Below, one piece after another: positions 46,101 to 54,502 of a stretch of DNA of 64,000 nucleotides; the first letter of the stretch is position 1; each line of letters opens with the position of its first letter. The notes under the pieces are model-generated. The model saw nothing but the letters and a program-made list of their open reading frames with translations, was not told the DNA's origin and ran no database searches. The stretch is taken from the NCBI GenBank assembly GCA_964491475.1, contig CAZBFO010000001.1:263538-327537 (forward strand). Reading direction: 5' to 3'. This stretch comes from an uncultured Gammaproteobacteria bacterium (lineage in GTDB: Bacteria; Patescibacteriota; Patescibacteriia; SG8-24). The position numbers and the translations under genes are program-made.

Positions 46101-46607
46101 CACGCCGGAGCCGTCGACGCGGATGGCCTTGCCGCTGGAGAGGTAGGCGTCGCCGCCGCTCGACTTGAGGTCGCCAGTGACGCTGATGTAGCCGGTCTGC
46201 GCGGACGACGGGCTGATGAGGACGTAAGGGTTGTCGCAGGTGTCGGCGCAGACGTTCCAGGTGCTGCCGGTGGGGCAGGTGCGGTTAGTGACGCAAGAGC
46301 CGGAGCTGGAACATTGCGTCGTGCCTGACGGGCACACGCAGCTCAACGACGAGCAGTCATACACCTGCGTGGACGAAGTGCACGGACGAGAATCCGATTG
46401 GCACGAGGCGTCAGACGCCCGGTACAGCAGGCCGCCGAAGCAGGTGGTGCCGCCGCCCGAGGTGGGACAGGCGCAGGAGGCCTGCGTGGAGTTGTAGGGG
46501 CAGGTCTGGGCGGATGCGGCAACGGGCAGCAAGGTCGAACCAGCTGCGATGAGCAAAGAAGCAACGACACTAACGAAGACTGCGGCTCGAGAACGGGCCA
46601 TACGCAT
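43152..46607 (-). CDS. giant secreted fibre-like protein 1: Cys-rich N-domain, tail-fibre-like GIGTxxP...LDVNG modules, Gly/Tyr nonapeptide array, Cys-containing C-terminal cap
   Basis: 1151 aa. Signal peptide MRMARSRAAVFVSVVASLLIAAGSTLLPVAASA; about 16 Cys in residues 35-125. Repeated VGIGTSTPGTLLDVNGTAKMTG-type motifs and an about 200-aa run of xYGVYGxGx. C-terminus YCAPGNSCACPNGYFVTQVWSGGQYVYCNQL. Paralog of the 47405..49816 gene. Confidence 0.75.
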   Translation of the reverse strand: MRMARSRAAVFVSVVASLLIAAGSTLLPVAASAQTCPYNSTQASCACPTSGGGTTCFGGLLYRASDASCQSDSRPCTSSTQVYDCSSLSCVCPSGTTQCSSSGSCVTNRTCPTGSTWNVCADTCDNPYVLISPSSAQTGYISVTGDLKSSGGDAYLSSGKAIRVDGSGVTTLNVGNWGSGGTSMYMGLYGSLGIGTSTPTGSLNIVGTVDPVAANVDSYGSAVASNFTGRRARGTTAAPTAAQSGDALAFFSGRAYGTTGFSSLSNGAFIIRAAENQTDAAHGTLLTLETTPNGSTTRAERVRIDQNGYVGIGTSTPGTLLDVNGTAKMTGLQLTTGAGAGKVLVSDASGNGTWTTQSGITGSGTTNYHAKFTSASAIGNSLVFDDGTNVGIGNAAPTALLSVGPTSQFKVTSAGDTSTSGKLTVAGHSAFGATASTSTNYVTNISENLTGNIGLGMSNIIKPVPSASPASWFDAIYADVDTSSAGATNFTSWLSGIEANVVVGHSGTTQSAYAVNGEVYRSGSGAVTDMAGVYGAASNGGSGTITNLYGMYSNLYFGNPANVTNAYGLRVYQSGTPSGTLTNNYGIYIDSIGVGTNKYALYSAGGQSYLSGNLGLGVAVPTQKLDVNGTAKMTGFLMATGAGAGKVLTSDASGNGTWTTAASAPVTSVSGSGSGISVAPTTGAVVVSNTGVTSATAGTGIGVSGATGAVTFSNTGVTSLTAGSGISLSGSTGAVTITDTNVAGVTGSGTANYVPKFTAASSIGNSQIVDNGTTVGIGGSASGQKLMVLGDAYVQSNLGAGVSPSSNMGVRGYGSAYGVYGEGPSYGVSGTSTGGAGIGVYGTGPNWGGWFAGGTQGVYGSGSTTGGSFSSSGTYGVYGNGGTYGVYGNGTFGVYGTGIGTGMYGSGNTYGVWGQGGNYGLYGNGSYGVAGVGSTTGVAGNGGSYGVNGTGGTYGVYGSGSNYGLFGTSSWIGVQGTVNAGGGIGVSGTGQTYGVQGSGFYGVIGSGTSTGVYGQGSGGTYGVYGNGGSYGVYGTGTYAGVYGSGPYSFLGSGTLNNSGNASISGSLSAGATSVSTLSSSSWMSASGNIYAYGGITSWGATVYYDLVASGNSDGAGYGWVYCAPGNSCACPNGYFVTQVWSGGQYVYCNQL

Positions 46608-46630
46608 GCATGTATTAGTAAATCGCGTTC

Positions 46631-46639
46631 AGCATAGCA
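46631..46639 (-). promoter_or_regulatory. extended -10 box TGCTATGCT about 24 nt upstream of giant gene 1 ATG
   Basis: Read on the minus strand within an AT-rich divergent region 46608-46758. Confidence 0.4.
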
Positions 46640-46715
46640 CAAAAAAAGGTAAAAAGTTTAACTTATCCACAGATGAAGGCCGAAAACGGCACTGACTGCG
46701 CGTCCTCCACGGTTC

Positions 46716-46724
46716 TGCTATACT
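46716..46724 (+). promoter_or_regulatory. extended -10 box TGCTATACT about 35 nt upstream of the 46759 gene
   Basis: ggttcTGCTATACTcacggcg read directly. Confidence 0.4.
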
Positions 46725-46758
46725 CACGGCGTTTTCACCCCACCCTCATCAAATCGCC

Positions 46759-47364
46759 ATGCCGACCGGCCAGAACCAGTTTAGCGGCTCCCGATCGCCA
46801 GTGATCACCATGGTAACCATGACGGCCTTCGCTTTGGCGGTCGGTATCGGCATCGGTTTCTCTTGGGGCAAGCGTGCTGCAAAGCGAGTCGGCGCAGAAT
46901 CCCCTGCCGGCACGCAGCAAGCACGGGGTCCGTCCTCGCGGACACCGTTGCCGCCGTCGGTCATGGTCACGTTGGTCGGCACTGTCGAGACGGTTTCGTC
47001 CGATTCGTTCACGATGGAAGCGCAGCGTCCGCCGTTCCCGGGAACGTGGTTGGCAGAGCGCAAAGTGCGCGTCGACAAGTCCACCGCTTTCGTTCGCATG
47101 CAGCCAAAAGACGCCGAACAGTCAGCCAAGGACGCGGAAGCATACGTCACGGCGCAAAACCGGCACCCCGCATCTGGGAGCAAGCGGCCCACCCCGTACA
47201 CGGAGACGCCCGCAAAGTTCAGCGAGATACGGACCGGAACGCTCGTGGTGGTGTACGCCTCTCCCGAAGTGCACCTCGAGGACGCCGCGGAGTTCACCGC
47301 CACGCGCATCGAAACCGGCCCTCCGCCCACGACGCCTACGAACCCGCCGAAACCGAAAGGATGA
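46759..47364 (+). CDS. membrane-anchored paralog-family protein (as 41669..42322)
   Basis: TM ITMVTMTAFALAVGIGIGFSW; core TLVGTVETVSSDSFTMEA...; Pro/Thr-rich tail; convergent with giant gene 2. Confidence 0.5.
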   Translation: MPTGQNQFSGSRSPVITMVTMTAFALAVGIGIGFSWGKRAAKRVGAESPAGTQQARGPSSRTPLPPSVMVTLVGTVETVSSDSFTMEAQRPPFPGTWLAERKVRVDKSTAFVRMQPKDAEQSAKDAEAYVTAQNRHPASGSKRPTPYTETPAKFSEIRTGTLVVVYASPEVHLEDAAEFTATRIETGPPPTTPTNPPKPKG

Positions 47365-47404
47365 AAAAGCCGCCTCGTCGGGCGGCTTTTCCGTACCTCG
47401 CCCG

Positions 47405-49816
47405 TTACAGGCGCGAGCAATAGATCCAGGTGTTCGTTCCCCAGGACGCCCAGTACGGGTTCGACCCGTACACGCCGACCATGAACATGCCGTTCGGGCA
47501 GACGCAGTAGGAGCTGGTGCACTGGTAGTACTGGTTGGTTCCCCAGGAATTTCCTTCGGCCGCCAGGTCGTAGAAGATGTTCGCGCCCCAGGAAGTCAGG
47601 CCGTTGTAGGCGGTGATGGCGTTGCCGGAAATGTTGCCGTTGATCGACATGTTGCCGTTGTTGGTGATGATGCCGCTGCCGCTGAACGCGTACCAGTTGG
47701 TGCCGATCGAGGCGCTGGTCGGGTTGGAACAGCCGGTGCAGTAAAAGTAGCCGCCCGTCGAACCGACGCCCTGTACGCCGATGCTGTTGCCGTTGCCGTA
47801 CACGCCGACGCTGCTGCCGCTTCCGTAGACGCCGGTCGGACCGTTGCCGTTCACGCCATAGGTGGTGCCGTTGCCCTGGACGCCGTACGAGCCTCCCGCG
47901 CCGATGACGCCGTAATTGGAACCGTAGGAGTAGATGCCGGTCGGACCGCCGTAGCTGCGGATGCCGTAGCTGCTACCGGTAGTGTAGACGCCGTCAGTGC
48001 CGCCGGTGGTGTAGACGCCGTCGGTGGAGCCCTGGGCGTAGACGCCGTACGTGGAACCGTCGCCACGCAGGCCGATCTGGCCGGTGCCATAGCCGCCATA
48101 CAGGGTACCGACCGCGTTGATGCCCGTGTAGCCGTGGGTGTCGATGCCGGTATTGGGCGAAGTCACGTAGACGCCGGTGCCTGAACCAGTGGCGGAGAAG
48201 TAGCCGCCGTAGGTCGCGCCCGTCGCCGCCAAGCCGGTGCTCGAAAGCGACGAGAAGCTGCCGCCGTAGCTCGACTGGCTGTATCCCGTGACGCCGAAGC
48301 CGGAGTTCGAAGTGCCGTACACGCCCGAAGTGGCGTTGGCGCTGCCGCCGTATACGCCGTAGGTGGTGCCGTTACCGTACACGCCGTACGAACCCGCCGC
48401 GTACACGCCAAAGGAAGGGTTGGGCGTCATGCCGCCGAAGCCGGCAGTGCCGGTCGCGCGCAGGTTACCGGTGACATCCAGCGGATAAGCCGGGGCCGCG
48501 TTGGCCACGCCGACGTACGAGCCGTTGTCGTAGATGAGCGAGTTGCCGATCGACGTGGAAGCGGTGAACTTCGGCACGTAGTTGGTGGTGCCGCTGCCGC
48601 TGATGCCAGCCGGAACCGTATTGGAAATGGTCACCGAGCCCGTCGAGCCCGACAGGCTGATGCCCGAGCCGGCGGCGAGCGAGGTCACGCCGGTGTTCGA
48701 GAAGGTCACCGCACCGGTGCCGCTCGATACGCCGATGCCGGTACCGGCCGCAGCAGAAGTCACGCCGGTATTGGAGACGACGACAGCGCCAGTGGTCGGG
48801 CTCACCGAAATGCCCGCGCCAGAACCGGAGACCGAGGTGACCGGGGCGCTGTAAGTGGCCCACGTGCCGTTGCCGGAAGCGTCAGAAGTGAGCAACTTTC
48901 CGGCGCCAGCGCCCGTGGCCATCAGGAAGCCGGTCATCTTGGCAGTGCCGTTGACGTCGAGCTTCTGGGCCGGCGTGGTGGTGCCGACGCCGAGGTTGCC
49001 GCTACCCTGCATCAACGACAGCAGCGTCAGGCCATTGATGTTGTCGCGGAAGTACAGGTCATTGGTGCTGCTGTTGCGCAGGCCGACGCTCCATTGGGTC
49101 GTTCCGGCGGTGTCGAAGGAGAGCGAAGCAAAATCGGTGGCAGGTGCCTCGCGACGAATGGTCAAGGATGTGGTGCCGCCGTTAGCGATCTTCACGTTGC
49201 CCTGCACGTCCAGCTTGGCAGAAGGTGTCGAGGTGCCCAGACCCAGGTTGCCGTACACGCCCATGTTGAGACCGGTCGCACCGGACCCCCAATTGCCCAC
49301 GTTCAGCGTGGTCACGCCGGAGCCGTCGACGCGGATGGCCTTGCCGCTGGAAAGGTAGGCGTCGCCGCCGCTCGACTTGAGGTCGCCGGTCACGTTGATG
49401 AAGCCGGTCTGCACCGAGGACGGGCTGATCAGCACATAGGGATTGTCGCAAGTGTCGGTGCAGACGTTCCAGGTGCTTCCTGCCGGGCAGGTGCGATTGG
49501 TGACGCAAGCCCCCGAGCTGGAACAGAGCGTGGTGCCAGAAGGGCAGACGCAGCTCAAAGTGGAGCAGTCATACACCTGGGCGGAAGAGCCGCAGGGGCG
49601 CGAGTCCGCGCGGCAGGACGAATCCGAAGCGCGGTACAGCAGGCCGCCGAAACAGGTGGTGCCGCCGCCCGAGGTGGGGCAGGCGCAGGAGGCCTGCGTG
49701 GAGTTGTAAGGGCAGGTCTGGGCGGATGCCATCCCGGCAATCGTCAACGAAGAAAAGACGAAGGCTACCGTGGCCGCGAACTTGCCGAACCGTAACCGCT
49801 GCTGCCGCATGCTCAT
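47405..49816 (-). CDS. giant secreted fibre-like protein 2 (paralog of 43152..46607)
   Basis: 803 aa. N-terminal 180 aa about 90 percent identical to giant 1, shared internal segment (KLDVNGTAKMTGFLMATGAGAGK...NYVPKFTA), divergent Gly/Tyr repeat array, C-terminal YCVCPNGMF...WIYCSRL. Confidence 0.75.
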   Translation of the reverse strand: MSMRQQRLRFGKFAATVAFVFSSLTIAGMASAQTCPYNSTQASCACPTSGGGTTCFGGLLYRASDSSCRADSRPCGSSAQVYDCSTLSCVCPSGTTLCSSSGACVTNRTCPAGSTWNVCTDTCDNPYVLISPSSVQTGFINVTGDLKSSGGDAYLSSGKAIRVDGSGVTTLNVGNWGSGATGLNMGVYGNLGLGTSTPSAKLDVQGNVKIANGGTTSLTIRREAPATDFASLSFDTAGTTQWSVGLRNSSTNDLYFRDNINGLTLLSLMQGSGNLGVGTTTPAQKLDVNGTAKMTGFLMATGAGAGKLLTSDASGNGTWATYSAPVTSVSGSGAGISVSPTTGAVVVSNTGVTSAAAGTGIGVSSGTGAVTFSNTGVTSLAAGSGISLSGSTGSVTISNTVPAGISGSGTTNYVPKFTASTSIGNSLIYDNGSYVGVANAAPAYPLDVTGNLRATGTAGFGGMTPNPSFGVYAAGSYGVYGNGTTYGVYGGSANATSGVYGTSNSGFGVTGYSQSSYGGSFSSLSSTGLAATGATYGGYFSATGSGTGVYVTSPNTGIDTHGYTGINAVGTLYGGYGTGQIGLRGDGSTYGVYAQGSTDGVYTTGGTDGVYTTGSSYGIRSYGGPTGIYSYGSNYGVIGAGGSYGVQGNGTTYGVNGNGPTGVYGSGSSVGVYGNGNSIGVQGVGSTGGYFYCTGCSNPTSASIGTNWYAFSGSGIITNNGNMSINGNISGNAITAYNGLTSWGANIFYDLAAEGNSWGTNQYYQCTSSYCVCPNGMFMVGVYGSNPYWASWGTNTWIYCSRL

Positions 49817-49839
49817 ACTCTTGAGGGGGAAAGTTGCCG

Positions 49840-50850
49840 CTACTTGCAGCAGGCGTACTTAAGTCCGACCGGAATGTTGCATCCCGTGAGCGTGCCGCGT
49901 CCACCGGAGGTGTTGTCGAATGCCCAGACGCTGCCGAACACCGACGCGCTGGTGCTGGTCCAACCGAGACAGTCGCTGGCGTTGAAGGCCGAAGCGCCCG
50001 GCGGACCGTTGTCGATCCAAGCGAAGTTGCCGCCGTTGCTGCGCACCGGATCGCTGGATGTCGAGCACTGGATGCTCTCAAGCATCTCTTCGGAGCGGCA
50101 GACGTGCGAACCGGCGTACTGCGTGGAGCACTTGTCGTCGGCGGAATAGTATCCCGTCTGACCGACGTTGGTGTGGCCCGTGGGCACCGCGGCCAAATTG
50201 GGCGTGTAGGCAGAAGTCGTCAGGCCGACGAACACCTTGCCGAAGCAGCCCGAGGTGCTGATGCTGCCGGTGTAAGTGAGGTTGCCGTTGGGGTCGACGC
50301 GGAACTTGGTGACGCCGTTGTTCTGCAGGAGCAGCAGCGAAGTGTTGGCGGTGCCGCTCTGGATGTTGCCGTAGAGGAGGTTCTGCGTGCCGGTCAGCGG
50401 CAGCGTCGACTTGCCGAAAGTGTTCATGCCGGCAGCCGAAACGCCGCCGTCGATGTCGATCGAGGCGTTCGTCTGCGTGCCCGAAGAACTGACGCGGTTC
50501 CAAATGATGGCCGGGATGTTTCCGCCCGGCGGCAAGGCCGTCGGCGGCGTGTAGGTGGCAGCACTGACAGTATGGATCACGAACCCGCCAATCGAGATGA
50601 TTGCCATGGCGAAACCGAAGAACGCGGCGATGAGCCGGAACGGCGAAGCGTTGGCGCGTACCGACACGGGCAAGGCAGCGGGCACCGGCGCGGACGCAAA
50701 AATCTCGGCAGGCTCGGTGACCGGTACCGACCGCCGAACCGCACGTCTGGCGCGGATCGGTTTCCGCGTGGTTCCCCCGCTTTTCTTGGCGGAAATTTTC
50801 CGCTCACACTTGGGAGCACCCTTTGGCAAAGCTTTGCGTTTTGCCGCCAT
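49840..50850 (-). CDS. type-II membrane protein with basic cytoplasmic N-terminus and Cys-containing extracellular domain, 24 nt upstream of giant gene 2
   Basis: MAAKRKALPKGAPKCERKISAKKSGG... then TM FRLIAAFFGFAMAIISIGGFVIHTV; extracellular Thr/Ser/Gly-rich domain ending CNIPVGLKYACCK. Start at the second Met of the track ORF. Confidence 0.55.
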   Translation of the reverse strand: MAAKRKALPKGAPKCERKISAKKSGGTTRKPIRARRAVRRSVPVTEPAEIFASAPVPAALPVSVRANASPFRLIAAFFGFAMAIISIGGFVIHTVSAATYTPPTALPPGGNIPAIIWNRVSSSGTQTNASIDIDGGVSAAGMNTFGKSTLPLTGTQNLLYGNIQSGTANTSLLLLQNNGVTKFRVDPNGNLTYTGSISTSGCFGKVFVGLTTSAYTPNLAAVPTGHTNVGQTGYYSADDKCSTQYAGSHVCRSEEMLESIQCSTSSDPVRSNGGNFAWIDNGPPGASAFNASDCLGWTSTSASVFGSVWAFDNTSGGRGTLTGCNIPVGLKYACCK

Positions 50851-50993
50851 AAGATAAGGAAAAATCACCGCTACTATACCATAAGGCGGCCCCCTCACCC
50901 AGCATCGGCGTTATCCACAATGCACCGACGTGCAGCGCTTCCCGAAAAACGCTATAGTCATTGCAGCTTTTCCTATTACTAAAAGACAGCACT

Positions 50994-52034
50994 ATGCCTC
51001 CAAGCCCAATGATGTCGCGCCAGTCGACATCTTCGATGAGCTCATCATCGGCAAAGATGCCCTCGCGCGGCATGCCCGGCGCCGGTCCGGTACTCGCCCT
51101 GCTCCTTGCGGGCGCCACATTCATCGGCGGCTACTACCTCGGCTCTCTGGCCGGACAGAAAGCCGGCTATCGGCAAGGCAGCGAAGAAACGAAGGCCGAC
51201 CTCAAGTCAAAAATCGCGGCGTCAGGTGCGTTCCCCACCCAGACGGAAATTCACGCGCTTTCCGGCAAAGTGACTGCCGTCCGGCCTGACGGTTTCGACC
51301 TCGACGTTTCCGCAGCGCAAAAGAACCCGCTAGAAGACTCCGGCCCGGCCAAGCGCTCCATTTCCGTGACCGAAAAGACCAAGATTTCCCTGCTCAAGCA
51401 ACGTGACTTCGCCGAATTCGAAGCCGCGCAGAAGGAATACCTGGCCACGCTCCAGAAAACGTCAGGCAAGACTGATCAGAAGCCGACAGAGCCTCCGCAA
51501 CCGTTCATGTTGGAACCGCTCAAATTGAGCGACATCAAGGTGGGAATGACCGTAGCGGTTTCCTCCGAAGCGAACATCGCCAAGGCGGCCACCATCCAGC
51601 CGACCGAGGTGACCGTCCAACCTGCACCGCCGCAACCGGCGCAAATTCCCGGCGCTCCGGCTCCCGGCACGGTGCCGCCGCCCGGCGCACCGACTCCGCC
51701 GCCCGGCGCCCCGGCCCCCGGCCCCGGCCCGGCACCGACAATCAAGTACAAGAAAAAGCCCCGGCTCACTGCCGGGGTTTTTGCTTGCATGCCAAGGTCA
51801 CCTCAACGCTTGCCCGCGAACTCTTCGCTCTTCACGAACGCCAGCGCCAGGATCGGCGCCACGATCCAGAAGAACCGCCCGTTGTCCGAGGCGAACACCT
51901 GCCGAGTCATCGGCGCCAAGTGCGAGACCGTTTCGGACGGAAGAAATGACAGGATGATGCTCACCAAAAGTCCGACATGGAAGGTGGAGAACAGAATCAC
52001 CTGCCACCACTTGGCCCCCGCGATGCCGCCGTAG
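50994..52034 (+). CDS. membrane-anchored paralog-family protein; 3' end uncertain (assembled ORF runs through a terminator hairpin and into the convergent gene)
   Basis: TATAGT box at about 50953. MPPSPMMSRQ... TM PVLALLLAGATFIGGYYLG; core LSGKVTAVRPDGFDLDVS...; Pro-rich PGAPAPGTVPPPGAPTPPPGAPAPGPGPAP. After about 51760 the GC3 bias of this frame collapses while the minus-strand frame is strongly coding. Confidence 0.4.
   Translation: MPPSPMMSRQSTSSMSSSSAKMPSRGMPGAGPVLALLLAGATFIGGYYLGSLAGQKAGYRQGSEETKADLKSKIAASGAFPTQTEIHALSGKVTAVRPDGFDLDVSAAQKNPLEDSGPAKRSISVTEKTKISLLKQRDFAEFEAAQKEYLATLQKTSGKTDQKPTEPPQPFMLEPLKLSDIKVGMTVAVSSEANIAKAATIQPTEVTVQPAPPQPAQIPGAPAPGTVPPPGAPTPPPGAPAPGPGPAPTIKYKKKPRLTAGVFACMPRSPQRLPANSSLFTNASARIGATIQKNRPLSEANTCRVIGAKCETVSDGRNDRMMLTKSPTWKVENRITCHHLAPAMPP
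51752..51783. terminator. bidirectional rho-independent terminator
   Basis: gccccggc-tcact-gccgggg hairpin flanked by AAAAA and TTTTT; downstream of the minus-strand gene ending at 51803. Confidence 0.55.
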
Positions 52035-52438
52035 GTCTTGGCCAAAGCCGAGCGCGAGGTCAGCAGGAACAGCAGCACGAACGTCGCCAGGAAAGTGAGC
52101 GCCTTGAAGGCGAAGAAGTTCCCCGAATTCGCCGTACGGTCGAGCGTGTTAATGTACGGCGCGTTGGTGACCACCGCCAGCGCCATGTAGATGTTGACGA
52201 GAATGACGATGACCCGCTCGCGCCCCATCGAGATGCCGTACAGGAACACGGTCACCATGAAGAACAGCACGATGAAGAGGTCCCAAGTGGGCGACGACCA
52301 GTTGATGTGCTGCAGGTAGGTCGTGGCGTCCTGCCCCAAGCGCATCGCGCCGGCAGAGAGCGGCGCGTTCACGTTGGCATTGCTGGCCGTGCTGCTCATG
52401 CTGCCGTAGTTCGAACCGCTGATGATGGTCTCCAACAT
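51803..52438 (-). CDS. hypothetical polytopic membrane protein
   Basis: About 211 aa from MLETIISGSNYG. About 5 TM helices, strong GC3. The track ORF extends 47 codons further upstream. Confidence 0.55.
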   Translation of the reverse strand: MLETIISGSNYGSMSSTASNANVNAPLSAGAMRLGQDATTYLQHINWSSPTWDLFIVLFFMVTVFLYGISMGRERVIVILVNIYMALAVVTNAPYINTLDRTANSGNFFAFKALTFLATFVLLFLLTSRSALAKTYGGIAGAKWWQVILFSTFHVGLLVSIILSFLPSETVSHLAPMTRQVFASDNGRFFWIVAPILALAFVKSEEFAGKR

Positions 52439-52544
52439 ATGGACGGAGTATAGCGCACGGAACGGGGAGTTTAAAGCAACGCCGTGACGAAAAGAAAGGC
52501 GACACCCGCATAAACGGGTGCCGCCGAAAGCAATACGATACTTG

Positions 52545-53279
52545 TCAGGTCCGGTGTTCACCGAAGCTGCAGCCGCCATCGCTGTCGATGGAGGCGAACT
52601 TCGTGCCGAATCCGAGTGAGACCTTGCTCAGCTCGCGGGGATCGAAGGGATCGTCCTTCTCCGGAGCGGAGAGTGAAACCGTTCGACCATCCTTAAGCTC
52701 CAACGTGAATCCGCTGCCGTCGAAGTTCGGCACAAGGCGTGCCACGCCGACGGCAACGATTGCCGCAGACACTTCGTCGGTGAACTTTTCCACCGCTCTT
52801 TGGCGTTCCTCGCGTGCACGCTTAGCCTCTTGTGCCCGAAGGGACTTCTTCTCCTCCTCGCGCCGTTTCGTTTCCTCTGCGGCGCGTTCCTGCTCGCGAC
52901 GAGCGCGATTGCGCTCGGCTTCGTATGTGGGCAAGTGCACCAACTTGAGCGCTACGGCCTCGTAGGGAATTTCCCTCCAGCCGCCGCCGTGGATCTTCTT
53001 CTTTTGCTCTCGGCGGACTTTGGTGATGCTGAAGACGATGGTCTTCACGCCGTTGTGGTCCTCACCGAAGTTCATCCGAGTGTCTTCGCAGTCGATGCTC
53101 GCCGAAATCAGCTCGGTCTTGCCTGCCGTTCCCGACTCGCGGCTGACGATAACGGCGGAACCGTCATCCGTCATCGCCACGTTCCGAACCGGAAGCGGTT
53201 GCCGCATGGGGATGCGCACCGCCCACTCGCCCGAAGAGACTTCAGTCCGCAGCTGTGAAAAGACTTCGTCGGTAATCAT
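52545..53279 (-). CDS. hypothetical protein with central charged coiled-coil segment
   Basis: 244-aa ORF; RARREQERAAEETKRREEEKKSLRAQEAKRAREERQRAVEK region. Preceded by TTGACA-17-TGCTATATT promoter. Confidence 0.5.
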   Translation of the reverse strand: MITDEVFSQLRTEVSSGEWAVRIPMRQPLPVRNVAMTDDGSAVIVSRESGTAGKTELISASIDCEDTRMNFGEDHNGVKTIVFSITKVRREQKKKIHGGGWREIPYEAVALKLVHLPTYEAERNRARREQERAAEETKRREEEKKSLRAQEAKRAREERQRAVEKFTDEVSAAIVAVGVARLVPNFDGSGFTLELKDGRTVSLSAPEKDDPFDPRELSKVSLGFGTKFASIDSDGGCSFGEHRT

Positions 53280-53336
53280 TCGTTATGTGCCTTCCGTGCT
53301 CGTTATTCATGCGTCGCTGCACCATGCAGAGACAAC

Positions 53337-53365
53337 CAAATATAGCACATTTTACCCATTTTGTC
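53337..53365 (-). promoter_or_regulatory. promoter TTGACA-N17-TGCTATATT for the 52545..53279 gene
   Basis: Minus-strand read ggaTTGACAaaatgggtaaaatgTGCTATATTt. Confidence 0.45.
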
Positions 53366-53437
53366 AATCCTATTTGTAGCTATATATAGCCAAAAAAATC
53401 GCCCTATTGCGGACGATTTTCAGGCTAAATCATGTTT

Positions 53438-54493
53438 TTATATATCCCACGATTCCAGCGCCTTGCGCTGCTCCTTGGTCAGCTTCTTGGGAATCACCAC
53501 CGTGACGTGCACCAAGTGGTCCCCGCGCCCGCTGCGCTTCAGGTGCGGCACGCCCTTGCCCTTGAGCCGGAACACCGCGTCCGGCTGCGTCGCCGCAGGA
53601 ATGGTCAGCTCGACTTTGCCGTCGACAGTTTCGACAGTCTCAATGCCTCCGAGCGTCGCACGAGCAATGCCGATTTCCAGCTCGCTGTTCACGTCAAATC
53701 CTTCGCGAACAAAGCGCGGATCGCGCTTAATGCGCATGGCCAAGTACAAATCACCGGAACGGCCGCCATGCGGAGCAGCTTCGCCTTCGCCGCCAACGCG
53801 CAGCACTTCACCGTCGTTGATGCCGGCGGGAATTTTCACGCTGAAGTTCCGCTCGCCCTTGGTAATCCCTTCGCCGTGACACTTCTTGCACGGCTTTTCG
53901 GGAATGGTGCCAGCGCCGTCGCAGCGCGAGCAGATTGCCGCCGTGGCGAAACTGCCCAAAATGGTCTGCTGAATCTTGCGGACCTGTCCCGTACCCGAGC
54001 ACTGCACGCAGTCCACGCGCTTGGAGCCGGCCGCCGCGCCGCTGCCCTCGCACTCGTTGCAAGTGATGGCGCGATGCACCTTCACGTCCTTGTCCGCGCC
54101 GAAAGCGGCCTCGGTGAAGGACAGGTGCATGTCCATCTGGATGTTGCGCCCCGATTCCGGCTCGCGTCGGCCGCGTCCCCCACCGCCGAACATCTCGCCG
54201 AAGATGTCGCCAAAGTCCATGTTGACGCCGCCCTGTCCGAACCCGCCGAATCCCCCACCGCCGAAGCCGCCTTGGTTCATCTGCTCGAACTGCGGCCCGA
54301 ACTGGTCGTACTTGGCGCGCTTGTCGGCGTCGCTGAGCACTTGGTAGGCGGAGTTGATCTCCTTGAACTTCTCGGCGTTGCCCGTCGGCTTGTCCGGATG
54401 GTATTCGTGGGCGAGTTTGCGAAAAGCCTTCTTGATGTCGTCATCAGAAGCGCCTTTGCTCACGCCGAGAATGTCGTAGTAGTCGCGGGCCAT
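53438..54493 (-). CDS. dnaJ: chaperone DnaJ
   Basis: J-domain HPD (YHPDKP), G/F-rich linker, four CxxCxGxG zinc-finger repeats, C-terminal domain. Confidence 0.9.
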   Translation of the reverse strand: MARDYYDILGVSKGASDDDIKKAFRKLAHEYHPDKPTGNAEKFKEINSAYQVLSDADKRAKYDQFGPQFEQMNQGGFGGGGFGGFGQGGVNMDFGDIFGEMFGGGGRGRREPESGRNIQMDMHLSFTEAAFGADKDVKVHRAITCNECEGSGAAAGSKRVDCVQCSGTGQVRKIQQTILGSFATAAICSRCDGAGTIPEKPCKKCHGEGITKGERNFSVKIPAGINDGEVLRVGGEGEAAPHGGRSGDLYLAMRIKRDPRFVREGFDVNSELEIGIARATLGGIETVETVDGKVELTIPAATQPDAVFRLKGKGVPHLKRSGRGDHLVHVTVVIPKKLTKEQRKALESWDI

Positions 54494-54502
54494 GTGGTGA
54501 CG

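Noticed and set aside
46231-46497. 88-aa plus-strand ORF duplicated at 49443..49709
   Set aside because: Both lie antisense within the conserved 5' regions of the giant genes. Their near-identity reflects the gene duplication, not an independent small gene.
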